Below, one piece after another: positions 37,601 to 48,456 of a stretch of DNA of 49,390 bases (the first letter of the stretch is position 1; each line of letters starts with the position of its first letter). The stretch is from NCBI GenBank assembly GCA_040387495.1, contig JAZKDQ010000006.1, positions 1-49,390 on the forward strand, written 5' to 3'. A program made the position numbers and the translations under genes. The notes under the pieces were generated by a model, which saw nothing but the letters and a program-made list of their open reading frames with translations, was not told the origin of the DNA and did no database searches. Origin of the DNA: Pseudomonadota bacterium (GTDB taxonomy: Bacteria > Pseudomonadota > Alphaproteobacteria > Paracaedibacterales > CAIOTO01).

Positions 37601-39518
37601 CAGATTCACTTAATACATCCAAACTCAAATTTTGAAAAATAGGCATAAGTTCCGAAAGTGATATATCCCCGGAAAGGTCGAAGATTTGTAGTGTGAATGT
37701 GCTTTTTCCTTGATTAAAAACAACGGAAACTGATCGTTGATGCGGTCTATTCTTAACACTATTTGCTTGCATAAGATCACGTGCGCCATCACTCGGCGTA
37801 TAAATCTTTTGATAAACCTCTGGAAAGACAAAATCTAGATCTTCACCAACATCAACACCATTTTGGTGCAACGCATGCTGCAAACTTTCTTGCCATGTTT
37901 GTGATAATTCATTGATGTCAGATTCTATCCGATCAATATCAAAAGTAACATTACATGGTGAATCATACCCAATAACAATAAGCATTCGAGCAAATTCTTG
38001 CTCGCTGATGAGTGCATGTTCTGACTGAACCTTGCCATTAAGTGTTTTTTCTAAATATTTCCTTACTGCTGACTTTAGCTCAGGACTATATTTATCACGT
38101 GGCAGAAATATAAGGGTCGTTGAAAAACGTCCCAATGGATCAAGCTTAATATTCACAGCCGACCGTTGTTTTTGGTACAGCACTTTTTCACAAAATGTAT
38201 GCAAACTGTCATCATCAAATTGAAAAAGTTCATCGTGAGGAATTGTTGCTAAAATAGCTGTTAGAATTTTCCCATTGTGCCCCATTGGGTCAATTTCAAA
38301 TCGATCAAAAGCACGTCGTGCGCGATTGCATAAAATAGGAATACGAAAAGGTGACTCATTGAAAAATTGGTGCGTAAAAAGTCCAATGAATTGATACAAA
38401 CCACATAATGTTCCATCTTGATCTAAATCCATAATTTCAATGCAATCAATGCGCGTATATTTGTGCACGTTTGAACGCACTGGACTTTTTACAATCGAAA
38501 AAAACGGTAATGGCTTACATGCATTTATATCGGCGTTGGGATCACAAATCATGTGTGTGCCCAAACCATAACGTTGCTGATCTGACTCACGCATAGCAAT
38601 AGGCATTAAATCAATTTCTAATTGAAATTGCTTATGACGATATAGACCAACACCATTTTTCGGCAAATTTTCATGTGCCATTAAATCAAAGGAAAATCCT
38701 GCTTGATCACCTTTATCAATAACACTCGATTTAAAATAACGCGCGCCTAAGAAAACGAAATGGTCTTTCGTTAGCCATTGAAGAAAATTCCCAATTTCAG
38801 AAGACGAAATCTGGTTTCTCTCATCTTTAGGAAAGAAAAGAGATTTACTTAGAACCTCATAACGCTCACCAACATGCTGCAATGTATCGCGGCAAAGTGA
38901 GAAATCATCTACAACAGATATAACATGAGAGATACGTTCATGCAGAAGTGACTTAAAACTTTCTTGATCTAAAATGTTTTTATCAACATGTAGAACAAAC
39001 GAAATCAATGATTCAGAATTGCAATTATCTTTTAGTGTGCATACAGCGTTATGAATTTCTTGTAAATGCCCTGTTGAATCACGTTTTACAGCAAACACGG
39101 GGTGGCACATCAATTTAATACATTGCTGTGCATTTTTTAATAATAGCAAAAGGCTATCCATTAAAAACGGACGGTCATCGTTAATCAGTGTTACAAGTAA
39201 AAAACTATTATCTTTCGATAGAGACATGCATTCTGGAGGAGACGTACACTGAAGTGAATCAATATCAACTATATCGATAACAGAATCACTGTGACTGCGT
39301 TTTTGCATGAGTTGCCATGCGTGCACCACAAAATGAACAAGAAAATCAATGCCATGCAACGAACAGCAAGAATTAAGCGCATCCATATCTACATTCGCAT
39401 AAAACTTATATACGAATTGTGTAAAAGAAGCGCTATCAAGTGTGACCATACCTTGCTTGGTATTATTCTTTTTAACCAAACAAGCATCAACAATATTTTG
39501 AATCAATGCATTGTGCAT
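34689..39518 (-). CDS. gdhB: Large NAD-specific glutamate dehydrogenase (GDH2/GdhB/GdhZ type)
   Basis: ARGGIRWS, GAKGGF, DDPYLVVAADKGTA, AFASGGS.GYDHK, VGVGDM.GD.FGNG, SDHEVNIKI. Confidence 0.95.
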   Translation of the reverse strand: MHNALIQNIVDACLVKKNNTKQGMVTLDSASFTQFVYKFYANVDMDALNSCCSLHGIDFLVHFVVHAWQLMQKRSHSDSVIDIVDIDSLQCTSPPECMSLSKDNSFLLVTLINDDRPFLMDSLLLLLKNAQQCIKLMCHPVFAVKRDSTGHLQEIHNAVCTLKDNCNSESLISFVLHVDKNILDQESFKSLLHERISHVISVVDDFSLCRDTLQHVGERYEVLSKSLFFPKDERNQISSSEIGNFLQWLTKDHFVFLGARYFKSSVIDKGDQAGFSFDLMAHENLPKNGVGLYRHKQFQLEIDLMPIAMRESDQQRYGLGTHMICDPNADINACKPLPFFSIVKSPVRSNVHKYTRIDCIEIMDLDQDGTLCGLYQFIGLFTHQFFNESPFRIPILCNRARRAFDRFEIDPMGHNGKILTAILATIPHDELFQFDDDSLHTFCEKVLYQKQRSAVNIKLDPLGRFSTTLIFLPRDKYSPELKSAVRKYLEKTLNGKVQSEHALISEQEFARMLIVIGYDSPCNVTFDIDRIESDINELSQTWQESLQHALHQNGVDVGEDLDFVFPEVYQKIYTPSDGARDLMQANSVKNRPHQRSVSVVFNQGKSTFTLQIFDLSGDISLSELMPIFQNLSLDVLSESGFTLSLTHGLVYLHNFECTMSNEFDTYAADRLVEGFLAIWNAECENDRLNALIFTSTLTTRDVTIMRAIVRAMRQMQFSASIDYVSTILLMYPLIVQHLMDYFKVRFDPEVGEDRFCRMASCDAALNDALQTITRIDHDRVMRHLFAVIKACVRTNVYQEKTYLSFKFKSENIPNLPKPVPLFEIFVYASFMEGVHLRTGKVARGGIRWSDRLEDFRQEILVLAKTQMIKNSIIVPLGAKGGFVSRRYEEMLAQGMSPAILKQEIVMCYQTFIRGLLDLTDNQKGDVCIPPHNVVRHDEDDPYLVVAADKGTASFSDYANALSQEYGFWLDDAFASGGSVGYDHKKMAITSRGAWISVQKHFAELGIDCQKTPFTVVGVGDMAGDIFGNGMLRSDKTCLIAAFNHQHIFLDPNPDAKTSFKERQRMFDLPSSTWTDYDARIISKGGGIFRRDVKSIPVSKEICIALDLPDDVVEMAPELLIQYVLQAKVDLLWFGGIGTYVRSRIETDFDVRDSNNDLLRIEANQLRCRVIGEGANLAMTQKARIEYALLGGRLNTDAIDNSGGVSCSDHEVNIKILLSNLMQTQRITRAERDQLLPEMTEDVAAHVLNDNNEQNRVLTWLQIHSQNDMDAYKQLVNVLERNQTLPLNRKLESLPSDQEIDQRAHDQRGLTRPELAVILAYSKIILFQRLLNESDEISMEYTPVLMNYFPSVLQKRFSQEIQQHQLSREIIATILSNQLLNHLGPVDAFEIIAMYDNNLWETINAYFFVMGLFGDCLRALCAQNPEYNTVLTTRQLMMVYTRNRVLCERLKQEQFDFASHLRPWFVCMPDGALAELFELFCRTTLDQSTQSVKALSKTYCLLVARLGFSDFSELSKTLHLNAPWQRQAKTYLLDDWVRLQVKLVKFAHDTEKGRAWINEIAINPGYALRHENLEPVQVLSRVQNGTVKNDLGFMAYFIRYFEHIINININ

Positions 39519-39569
39519 AACATAAGGAAACTAATTAATTAGCCATTACATAATCGTAGCAATGTCTTA

Positions 39570-39584
39570 TTAAAAAAGCGTTAA
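39570..39584. promoter_or_regulatory. CtrA-type box upstream of gdh
   Basis: TTAA-aaaagcg-TTAA, 52 nt upstream of the ATG. TACGAT lies 11 nt downstream on the minus strand. Confidence 0.55.
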
Positions 39585-39617
39585 TAAAATTAAAACAAGC
39601 AAAAAATCAGAATATTT

Positions 39618-39980
39618 TTATTTACGTTTCTTATCATTGCTTGGGCTAGTCTTTGGTTTTGACACACCAACACTACCATCGTGAATCACAATCTCATCAG
39701 GGTGCGCATAATTCAAAACTGCACGTGCACGTTCTTCTAGCAAATCAACATCAAGGCTATCAGGGCGTAATAAGTACACGCGTCGCTCAAGTTGCTCACG
39801 TAATGTTTGTTGCGCTGCACGCTCTTTTTCATGAACTGAAACGGTTTGCTGCAATCTAAGGTATGCAATGATACCGCGATCGCCTTGAAAAATGTGATAC
39901 GTGAAATACCCCATGATGACAATTGATACAAAGGGCACAATGATTTGGCGAATGGAAAATTCTTTCTCGACTTGAATCAT
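39618..39980 (-). CDS. ftsB: Septum formation initiator FtsB/DivIC
   Basis: TM + G.RG + coiled coil + LD.DLLEERAR..L.Y..PDE, directly after eno. Confidence 0.92.
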   Translation of the reverse strand: MIQVEKEFSIRQIIVPFVSIVIMGYFTYHIFQGDRGIIAYLRLQQTVSVHEKERAAQQTLREQLERRVYLLRPDSLDVDLLEERARAVLNYAHPDEIVIHDGSVGVSKPKTSPSNDKKRK

Positions 39981-39982
39981 GA

Positions 39983-41260
<1,278 letters not shown>

Positions 41261-41373
41261 TTAAAGAGGTGACGATCTGTATTTCTTATTTTTTTTATTA
41301 CAGATGTTATCTAAGATTAACGATTACGTAGGGGGAATGTCAAGTTTGTCATGCTGTGTTCTTCACAATCATG

Positions 41374-41388
41374 TTAATATAATTTTAA
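41374..41388. promoter_or_regulatory. CtrA-type box
   Basis: TTAA-tataatt-TTAA in a very AT-rich context. Confidence 0.35.
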
Positions 41389-41423
41389 TAAAATTAATCA
41401 CAATATACATATGAAAATTATTT

Positions 41424-41585
41424 ATGAAAGATCTTCCTATGCGAATTCCAGTGATACTATTTCTATTAGGCATTAATGTATGCACAACTTCTACACATTT
41501 AGCCACAACAAAGGCGACAATTCCAACAGTCGAAGGAGCTACCGAAACAATGAGAAATCTTGCTCTTGTACCAGCGGACCTATAA
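41424..41585 (+). CDS. Putative 53-aa small exported peptide
   Basis: MKDLPMRIPVILFLLGINVC... hydrophobic N-terminus, below the ORF-track length cutoff, followed by a terminator. No clear RBS. Confidence 0.35.
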   Translation: MKDLPMRIPVILFLLGINVCTTSTHLATTKATIPTVEGATETMRNLALVPADL

Positions 41586-41634
41586 ACACACAAAATCAAA
41601 CACTAGATTGAATAACACATTATATTCCTCAACT

Positions 41635-41667
41635 AAAAAATCCCCGGATTACGTCCCGGGGATTTTT
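41635..41667. terminator. Bidirectional rho-independent terminator
   Basis: aaaaaatccccgg ... ccggggattttt. Confidence 0.85.
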
Positions 41668-41700
41668 AAGGCTGGCAAGAAAAACAAGGAAGAATGGGAA

Positions 41701-42951
41701 TTAAACACTCCCTTGTTTAACACCTAGAAATGTTAATTTACGAATACGGCGGTTAGCACCATCTGTGATGTACACATTCCCTGCAGCATCCACGTTGAGC
41801 CTCCAAGGATTGTTGAATTGAGCACCAATAGCTTGACCATTATTATCAGAATAACCACTGTTTGGTGTAGAACCCACAGGAGACACAGGGCCAGCAATCG
41901 TTGAAATGATTTGAGAAGACCATTGCATGTATCGAATAACATTATTACCTACATCAGCTATATAAATATTGTTATTGCCAATAGTGACACCTGTTGGAGT
42001 ATTCAACTTTGCACTTTGCGCCACACCGCAATCACCACTGTAACCGGCTACATTTGGTGTTCCAGCAATCGTGCTCACCATACAACCATTATTTGAAAGA
42101 TCTACTTTGCGAATAATATGATTGTTTTTATCGGCGACATAAAGGTTTCCGCTTCCACTAATTACCATACCTTCAGGGCCATTAAATAGTGCTGTTTTGC
42201 ATAGACCTTCTGCAAATCCAGTTTGAGCTGAACCTGCAATCGTAGTCAGTGTATACGATGTATTCACACCAGATGGTGGTGCTAACTTTCTGATCTGATT
42301 ATTATCACTCATATATAAATTTCCAGCGCTATCAATAACAAGCCCACCCCATGCACGTAAATTTGCATTAAGAACGGCACCTGGTGCATACCCTGTTGAT
42401 GTTGCAGATGCATTGCTCGCAATAATAGTGAATGTAGCATTTTGTGCGGTAATACTTGCTGCAGTACCATTGTATTTCTTCAATTGTCCATTTCCATAAT
42501 CAACAACATACAACGTGTCATTTTTATTTGTTGTGTCGATTAAAAGTGCCGATGCAGTATACCCACTGATAATAGTCGTCACGTTTCCTGCTGGATCAAT
42601 TTTACGAACAGTAGCCGTTACACTATCAGCAACATAAAAATTGCCAAGCGAATCAGCCACAATAATATGAGGGTTTCCGAAAGAAGCTTGCGTGCTTGAT
42701 CCATCCGTATTACCAGAGGCCCCATTGCCCGCAAAGGTTGAGATTGAATAATAATTTGTTGAACCCGTCGGGCATGTAGGTGAGGTTGGAGCGGCTCCAG
42801 TTGCAGATGCTGTTGTCGTGGGCGCAGCTATAGTGGTGTTACTTATGGGCGTAGTCGTTGGAGCTGACGTGAAACCTAAATGTGCATAACACAGGAATGT
42901 TAGTACTAGAGTGTACCTTATAAAAAGTTTCATTTTTTTCGTCTTCAACAT
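41701..42951 (-). CDS. Exported NHL-repeat protein
   Basis: AAAGGAG RBS at 42951, signal peptide, Thr/Pro linker, NHL repeats (GNLYVADKNNHIIRKV). Confidence 0.85.
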   Translation of the reverse strand: MLKTKKMKLFIRYTLVLTFLCYAHLGFTSAPTTTPISNTTIAAPTTTASATGAAPTSPTCPTGSTNYYSISTFAGNGASGNTDGSSTQASFGNPHIIVADSLGNFYVADSVTATVRKIDPAGNVTTIISGYTASALLIDTTNKNDTLYVVDYGNGQLKKYNGTAASITAQNATFTIIASNASATSTGYAPGAVLNANLRAWGGLVIDSAGNLYMSDNNQIRKLAPPSGVNTSYTLTTIAGSAQTGFAEGLCKTALFNGPEGMVISGSGNLYVADKNNHIIRKVDLSNNGCMVSTIAGTPNVAGYSGDCGVAQSAKLNTPTGVTIGNNNIYIADVGNNVIRYMQWSSQIISTIAGPVSPVGSTPNSGYSDNNGQAIGAQFNNPWRLNVDAAGNVYITDGANRRIRKLTFLGVKQGSV

Positions 42952-43250
42952 TTTTTTCTCCTTTAGCATGAGTACTAATTCCAAGAGTAGATCGAATATT
43001 TTTAATAAAATTTTTTGCAAAATCATAATAATGATATGCGCATTTTTCCAAGCGAATCAAGGTAAATTTAGGAGATATAAGCACAAAATTAAGATATTAT
43101 TTTGGGGAAAAGTTTTTTACGAGTAGCAGTAACACCTGCTAATTAATGACAAGAAGCTTGAACAATGAAATTTTCACTCTTCACCTCATGGTTTAAGGCA
43201 TGCATCGACGCTGCGCCATAGCGCAGCATAATGGCAACGACAAGAGGTAA

Positions 43251-44726
43251 CTACCCCTTTATTCTCCCGGTAACTTCATATGGATTTTTTTGCGATTTAA
43301 ATTGGAACCTGATTGGCACAGCGGGCATTTTAAAATCACGACGTAGCGAATTCGTTAAATACCGCACATATGAATCTGGCAAATCAGATGCTTTTGTGCA
43401 AAATACCTTAAACGTTGGTGGACGTGTTTTGATTTGCGTCATGTACTTTAAGCGAATACGATGACCCGATACGATTGGCGTTGGATGTGCATCTACCGTG
43501 AATTGTAACCAGCGGTTAAGCTCAGGCGTTGGAATACGACGATTCCACATTTTTTCCATAAGCAGCACTTGATCCATCATTTTTGGTAAGTGGTGCCCTG
43601 TAAGTGCTGATAGTGTTACACATTGAATTCCGCGCGCTTGCGTTAGTTGAATTTCAAGTTGTTCTTGCACATGTTTTAGTGTTGCATCAGGATTTTTAAC
43701 CAAATCCCACTTATTAAGCGCAATAATCAGGCCGCGACCTTCCTCAAGAACAGTAGATGCCAACATCAAATCCTGCTTTTCAATCAATTCATCCAAGGGG
43801 ATAGACGCATCAATAACTAATACTACAATCTCAGCAAAACGCATGGTGCGCTCAGCATCATATACAGCGAGCTTTTCAACAGCCCCATCAACTTTGCTTT
43901 TACGGCGAATACCAGCCGTATCCACTAATTCAATCGCACGGTCTTTATAGTTCCATTCGAAAGAAATTGAATCGCGTGTAACGCCTGGATAGTCAGCAGT
44001 AAGCTGCGCTTCTTCTTCAAGAAGTGCGTTAACCAATGTTGATTTACCCACATTAGGACGGCCAAGAATCGCTATTTTAAGAGAACGCTTAAGACGATGT
44101 GCTTCTGCTTCAGCTATGGCTTCTTCTGAATCAAATTTGTGTTTTTCTTTAAATTCTTCTTCTTCGTCAACACCGTAATCAATCGTTATATACTCAGCAA
44201 GCGCTTCGTGCAGATCATCCATACCAACGCCATGTTCGGCTGAAATGGCAACGACTTCACCAAGCCCCAAACGATGTGCATCACTTACGCCAGCTTCAGA
44301 ACCTTTACCTTCGCATTTGTTGACCGTCACGATAACTGGTACATTTTGCTTACGTAGCATTTTTGCTAGATCTTGATCATATGGAGTGCAACCAAGGCGT
44401 CCATCAATCACAAACAGAATGATTGTGGCTTCAGCCAATGCTTTTAATGCTTGCTTGCGCATACCTTCTGTCACGATAGCAGGCTGATCGCCTTCGCCTG
44501 GGTCGAATAACCCTGGCGTATCCATTAACGTAAACGTCATACCAGCAAACTCAGCTTTCGCTATTTTGCGATCACGTGTCACGCCAGGTTGGTCATAGAC
44601 CAATGCTAGACGACGCCCAACAAGACGGTTAAATAGTGTTGATTTGCCAACGTTTGGTCTACCTACGATTGCAACAATCGGAAGTTCATCGTGTGCGTCA
44701 CCATTAAATGGCTCAATTGAAGGCAT
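43251..44726 (-). CDS. der: Ribosome biogenesis GTPase Der
   Basis: Two GRPNVGKST G domains, GVTRD, RIRLKY.TQ...RPPTF. Confidence 0.98.
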   Translation of the reverse strand: MPSIEPFNGDAHDELPIVAIVGRPNVGKSTLFNRLVGRRLALVYDQPGVTRDRKIAKAEFAGMTFTLMDTPGLFDPGEGDQPAIVTEGMRKQALKALAEATIILFVIDGRLGCTPYDQDLAKMLRKQNVPVIVTVNKCEGKGSEAGVSDAHRLGLGEVVAISAEHGVGMDDLHEALAEYITIDYGVDEEEEFKEKHKFDSEEAIAEAEAHRLKRSLKIAILGRPNVGKSTLVNALLEEEAQLTADYPGVTRDSISFEWNYKDRAIELVDTAGIRRKSKVDGAVEKLAVYDAERTMRFAEIVVLVIDASIPLDELIEKQDLMLASTVLEEGRGLIIALNKWDLVKNPDATLKHVQEQLEIQLTQARGIQCVTLSALTGHHLPKMMDQVLLMEKMWNRRIPTPELNRWLQFTVDAHPTPIVSGHRIRLKYMTQIKTRPPTFKVFCTKASDLPDSYVRYLTNSLRRDFKMPAVPIRFQFKSQKNPYEVTGRIKG

Positions 44727-46047
44727 GGAGTACCGCGTTATCCGTTAAGGCAAATAATGTTTTTTGTGAAACAATAGGTGCTAAGTTGACTGATCCACTG
44801 TCAATTTTTACTTTGGCTATAACTTCTCCATCATGTGGATTAATACGGATGATTTCACCTTTGCTTGAGCTTACAATTAACGTATCACCGGCTAAAATTG
44901 GACCTGCAAAATGAACTGAACCTTCGTTTTCGTCAACACGTGGTAAACCGGCTACCCAGCGAACAGCACCTAGTTTTCGCTCGAGACATACCAATTCATT
45001 CATGTTTGTAAGAACAAATATAAACCCACCTGCTACAACAGGCGTGCGAATACCACCTAGTTCCTTTTGCCATTGACGTGTGCCGGTTTTAAAATCAATT
45101 GCCGTCATGCGACCACCGTGGCTGATGATAAATACTTGATTGTCATCGATAACAGGACGCGCACGGATATGTGGAATACTTGTTACAGTATCAATACGTG
45201 CCACCGGGGTAATAGTATCAGACCATAACACTTGCCCGTTGACTTGACTTAATGCATGAACTTCACCAGACGTGTATGCAACAACTACTGTATCACCAGA
45301 GCATGCTGGTTTTCCTCCGCCAAGGAGGAGTGCTGATTCAGGAACACCGCTATGGCTCCAGACAAGGTCACCTTTTTCAACAGATAAGGTTATCAGTTCG
45401 TTATTAATTGATTGGCAATACACATGTCCATCTTTTACAGAAGGAGAAGAACGGAATGGAGCATAACCACCTTTACGCCAAATTTCAGCACCAGTATCGG
45501 CTTTTAAAGCAACAACTTCACCAAAGGAGGTCGTTGCATAAACAACACCATTGTCAACAGCAATACCACCACCGAGTGTGTCATGAATATGCTCTTCTGG
45601 GGAGGTAGGCTTTTGCCATACAATTTCACCTGCTTTAAGAGATAAAGCAGTAACGGTACCTTCGGCATCCAAAGTGTAGGCATGTTTTTCATCCGTAATA
45701 GGACTGCTGAGCATGCGCTGATCATCACTTGACCCTGCACCAACAGATTGATGCCAAGTTTCTGTAATTTTCTCGCCAAGTGAAACATTCATAAGCGCGT
45801 GATCCGCACGACCACCCATTTGAGGCCAAGATGTATTTGTCATTGGTGAAGGCACAGTTACAGACATGCCCGCAATTGAAGGGTCCGCTTTAACACTGGC
45901 TGTAAAATTCAGAAAAGATACGCGCTCTCCCGGTAATGGGGTGCTATCTTTAGTGTCGCATGCTGTGAGCAAAAGTATGGCCCCGCCAAGCATTACGTGA
46001 CATACAATGTCAATTTTCTTAATCAATCGTTGCTCGAATTGTTTCAT
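44713..46047 (-). CDS. bamB: Outer membrane protein assembly lipoprotein BamB (PQQ-like propeller)
   Basis: Lipobox LTAC, PLPGER, G...W propeller repeats, conserved bamB-der synteny. Confidence 0.88.
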   Translation of the reverse strand: MKQFEQRLIKKIDIVCHVMLGGAILLLTACDTKDSTPLPGERVSFLNFTASVKADPSIAGMSVTVPSPMTNTSWPQMGGRADHALMNVSLGEKITETWHQSVGAGSSDDQRMLSSPITDEKHAYTLDAEGTVTALSLKAGEIVWQKPTSPEEHIHDTLGGGIAVDNGVVYATTSFGEVVALKADTGAEIWRKGGYAPFRSSPSVKDGHVYCQSINNELITLSVEKGDLVWSHSGVPESALLLGGGKPACSGDTVVVAYTSGEVHALSQVNGQVLWSDTITPVARIDTVTSIPHIRARPVIDDNQVFIISHGGRMTAIDFKTGTRQWQKELGGIRTPVVAGGFIFVLTNMNELVCLERKLGAVRWVAGLPRVDENEGSVHFAGPILAGDTLIVSSSKGEIIRINPHDGEVIAKVKIDSGSVNLAPIVSQKTLFALTDNAVLHAFN

Positions 46048-46070
46048 TTAAAATTTATTACCTCTTTGAA

Positions 46071-46147
46071 TGGCGTTCCCGGCGGGATTCGAACCCACGG
46101 CCTCAAGATTAGGAATCCTGCGCTCTATCCGGCTGAGCTACGGGAAC
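46071..46147 (-). tRNA. tRNA-Arg (CCT)
   Basis: Cloverleaf GTTCCCG...CGGGAACGCCA with CCT anticodon. Confidence 0.96.
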
Positions 46148-46349
46148 ACATATATAGACCCACACGAGTATACAGATGAAGGTATGCGTTTTTTTACGTT
46201 TTGTCTAGTTTTAAGTAATAATCATAAAGGAGGGCTCGCTAGTGTTCTTGTTGGAAGCTCATTTTTTCCGCAGTTTATTTTAGCTTCTTTAAAAAAAACA
46301 TTAAATTAGTAAGGTTATTATTTTAAGAAGGTATTGATACGAAGGCTTT

Positions 46350-47516
46350 CTATTTTTGAAAAGCGCCGCTCAAATCTCGAATAACCTGAGATAAATACAT
46401 ATTAACAGCATCCACTGTTAAGTATCTTTCGGCAAACGCATACCCATTATTACCAATTGCTTCTGCAATCCCAGGGTTTTTCTCAAGGTACGTATATACA
46501 CTTTCAATATTCGTTAAACCTGGATCAATGGTGACGTGGGTGCTCATATTATGAAGCAATGAATAAAAGTATTGCTTGCAATCTGCGCGAAGAAGCAATA
46601 CAGAACCGGTGAATAAAATGTAGGGGACGCGCGACCAAGCAGAGCCGTATCCATCCATTGAAATGAGGTATTTATGTCGTGCATGCTCAACAAAGTCAGC
46701 ATAAGGCCCTTTCTTATCGGATAGATTTTGCAAATACCATTGCTTGAAATCGCTAGTTACCCTTTCCTGAATAGCCAGACAACTATCGTCTGTGATCATA
46801 GCGTTAATAAAAGGAGCGCTTTTTGAAAGCATAAAGAGCCTTACACGATCATCTTTGTGAACGCTGTCCATGCTATAAACAAATGAATGTGGTCCAGAGA
46901 TAGCACCACGGAAAAATATGGATGGAGCTCTTCTACTATACACAAATTCTTTTTTGGATTTGATTTCTTCAACATCTGTCTTGTATTTACTGAGTAAAAT
47001 GTAAGGGTCAGGAATAAGGACTGCATTTTCAGCCCAAAGAATATTGGGATGTGTGCATGTGAGCAAGATAGGAATTTTTTCGAAATGTGCTTTGAGTTCC
47101 AACTGTTGTTTTTGATCATGAAACCCACATTCGTGCAAAGGCTCTTGAGGCATATAAACAAAGGACATTCCTTCTTTAAGATTTTTTCTCACGTGCGTAT
47201 TAAGCCATGCAAGTAATTCATTCGCAAATCGGGTGTGTGGATAGCTGTCTTTTCTCTCGAGCACAATTGGATCGGCTGTCCATGCTCCGTTTTTAAATGT
47301 GTAGATATAAAAGGCAGACTTTATGCTGGTATTTTTAATATACGTTACAAAATCACCAACATCAGATTGCTTATATCCGCTTTTTAAAAAGCGGCTAGTG
47401 AATTTTTGCGATAGTGCAGCGAGAGTATTTATGGATTCTTGTGACATTGCGTGGCTTTTAGTGCTCGGTAATAGAAAAAACATGCTAAAAACGAATAGTG
47501 TATATAGTAATTTCAT
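46350..47516 (-). CDS. Exported glycosyltransferase family 90 (CAP10/POGLUT-like)
   Basis: FFRGA, KYLISMDG..SAWSR...LFTGSVLL, AEAIGNNG..FA..YL, signal peptide ending SHA. Confidence 0.8.
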   Translation of the reverse strand: MKLLYTLFVFSMFFLLPSTKSHAMSQESINTLAALSQKFTSRFLKSGYKQSDVGDFVTYIKNTSIKSAFYIYTFKNGAWTADPIVLERKDSYPHTRFANELLAWLNTHVRKNLKEGMSFVYMPQEPLHECGFHDQKQQLELKAHFEKIPILLTCTHPNILWAENAVLIPDPYILLSKYKTDVEEIKSKKEFVYSRRAPSIFFRGAISGPHSFVYSMDSVHKDDRVRLFMLSKSAPFINAMITDDSCLAIQERVTSDFKQWYLQNLSDKKGPYADFVEHARHKYLISMDGYGSAWSRVPYILFTGSVLLLRADCKQYFYSLLHNMSTHVTIDPGLTNIESVYTYLEKNPGIAEAIGNNGYAFAERYLTVDAVNMYLSQVIRDLSGAFQK

Positions 47517-47595
47517 AAGATAACGTGATTAACAATTTTTGCATTCAATGTTAAAATTTTATCACATGAATGAAAAATCATGAAACGAATTTCCA

Positions 47596-47625
47596 TTGAC
47601 AGCTAGCATTAACAGCACTTACCTT
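47596..47625 (+). promoter_or_regulatory. Putative sigma70 promoter upstream of nrnC
   Basis: TTGACA-18 nt-TACCTT. Confidence 0.45.
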
Positions 47626-47761
47626 AACCGTATGCTCAGATGGCTAAAATGGGTGACGTACCAGCATCAAGTGTTGGTGGTTTAATACTCGCAAAGCCCA
47701 CACCTTCTACTTGTTTCTTGTCGCCATTCTTTGTCTCACTTTTTCCCATTAGGATAACATC

Positions 47762-48385
47762 ATGCAGATTCATTTCCATACATACGATTTACCAGAGTCA
47801 TTCGTGCCAAGCGCCATTGTCGCTATGGATACTGAGGCGATGGGATTAAATTATCATCGTGATCGACTATGTCTTGTGCAATTATCGAATGGAGACGGTC
47901 ATTGTCACCTCGTACATCTTCCCACAGGGGATTTTTCAAAATCACCTCGATTAAAGGCCTTGCTTACACGCCCTGATGTCACAAAGTTGTTTCATTTTGC
48001 ACGTTTTGATGTAGGTATTTTGCAACATAGTTTTGGCATTCAATTGAATAATGTGTATTGCACCAAAATTGCTTCACGTTTGACGCGCACCTACACTGGT
48101 AAGCACGGTTTAAAGAACTTGTGCAAAGATTTGCTTAACGTGGAGATTTCAAAGCAGGAGCAAACCTCTGATTGGGGTGCGGCCGTTTTATCAGCTGAAC
48201 AACAAACTTACGCTGCAACGGATGTATTGCATTTGCACCAATTAAAAGAAATTTTGGATGGTTTGTTGCAACGTGAGAATCGCCATGATTTGGCTAAAGC
48301 ATGTTTTGATTTTTTGCCGTACCGTGGTCACCTCGATTGTTCTGCTGGCGACACTTTTGATATTTTTAGCTATGCAACAAGTTGA
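47762..48385 (+). CDS. nrnC: NanoRNase C (RNase D-like DEDDy 3'-5' exonuclease)
   Basis: DTEAMGL...RDRLCLVQLS.GDG, FHFARFD, CTKIAS.L.RTYT..HGL, SK..Q.SDW, YAA.DV. Confidence 0.9.
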   Translation: MQIHFHTYDLPESFVPSAIVAMDTEAMGLNYHRDRLCLVQLSNGDGHCHLVHLPTGDFSKSPRLKALLTRPDVTKLFHFARFDVGILQHSFGIQLNNVYCTKIASRLTRTYTGKHGLKNLCKDLLNVEISKQEQTSDWGAAVLSAEQQTYAATDVLHLHQLKEILDGLLQRENRHDLAKACFDFLPYRGHLDCSAGDTFDIFSYATS

Positions 48386-48456
48386 TTCTTTCAGTCTCTC
48401 AAGGTTCCAACTTCGCTTAAGATTTACGATAACTCAGTGCAATAAAAAAAAGCAGT

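Noticed and set aside
46071..47516. tRNA-anchored integrative element
   Set aside because: No integrase, no duplicated tRNA 3' end, and the GT90 gene lies on the 5' side of the tRNA.
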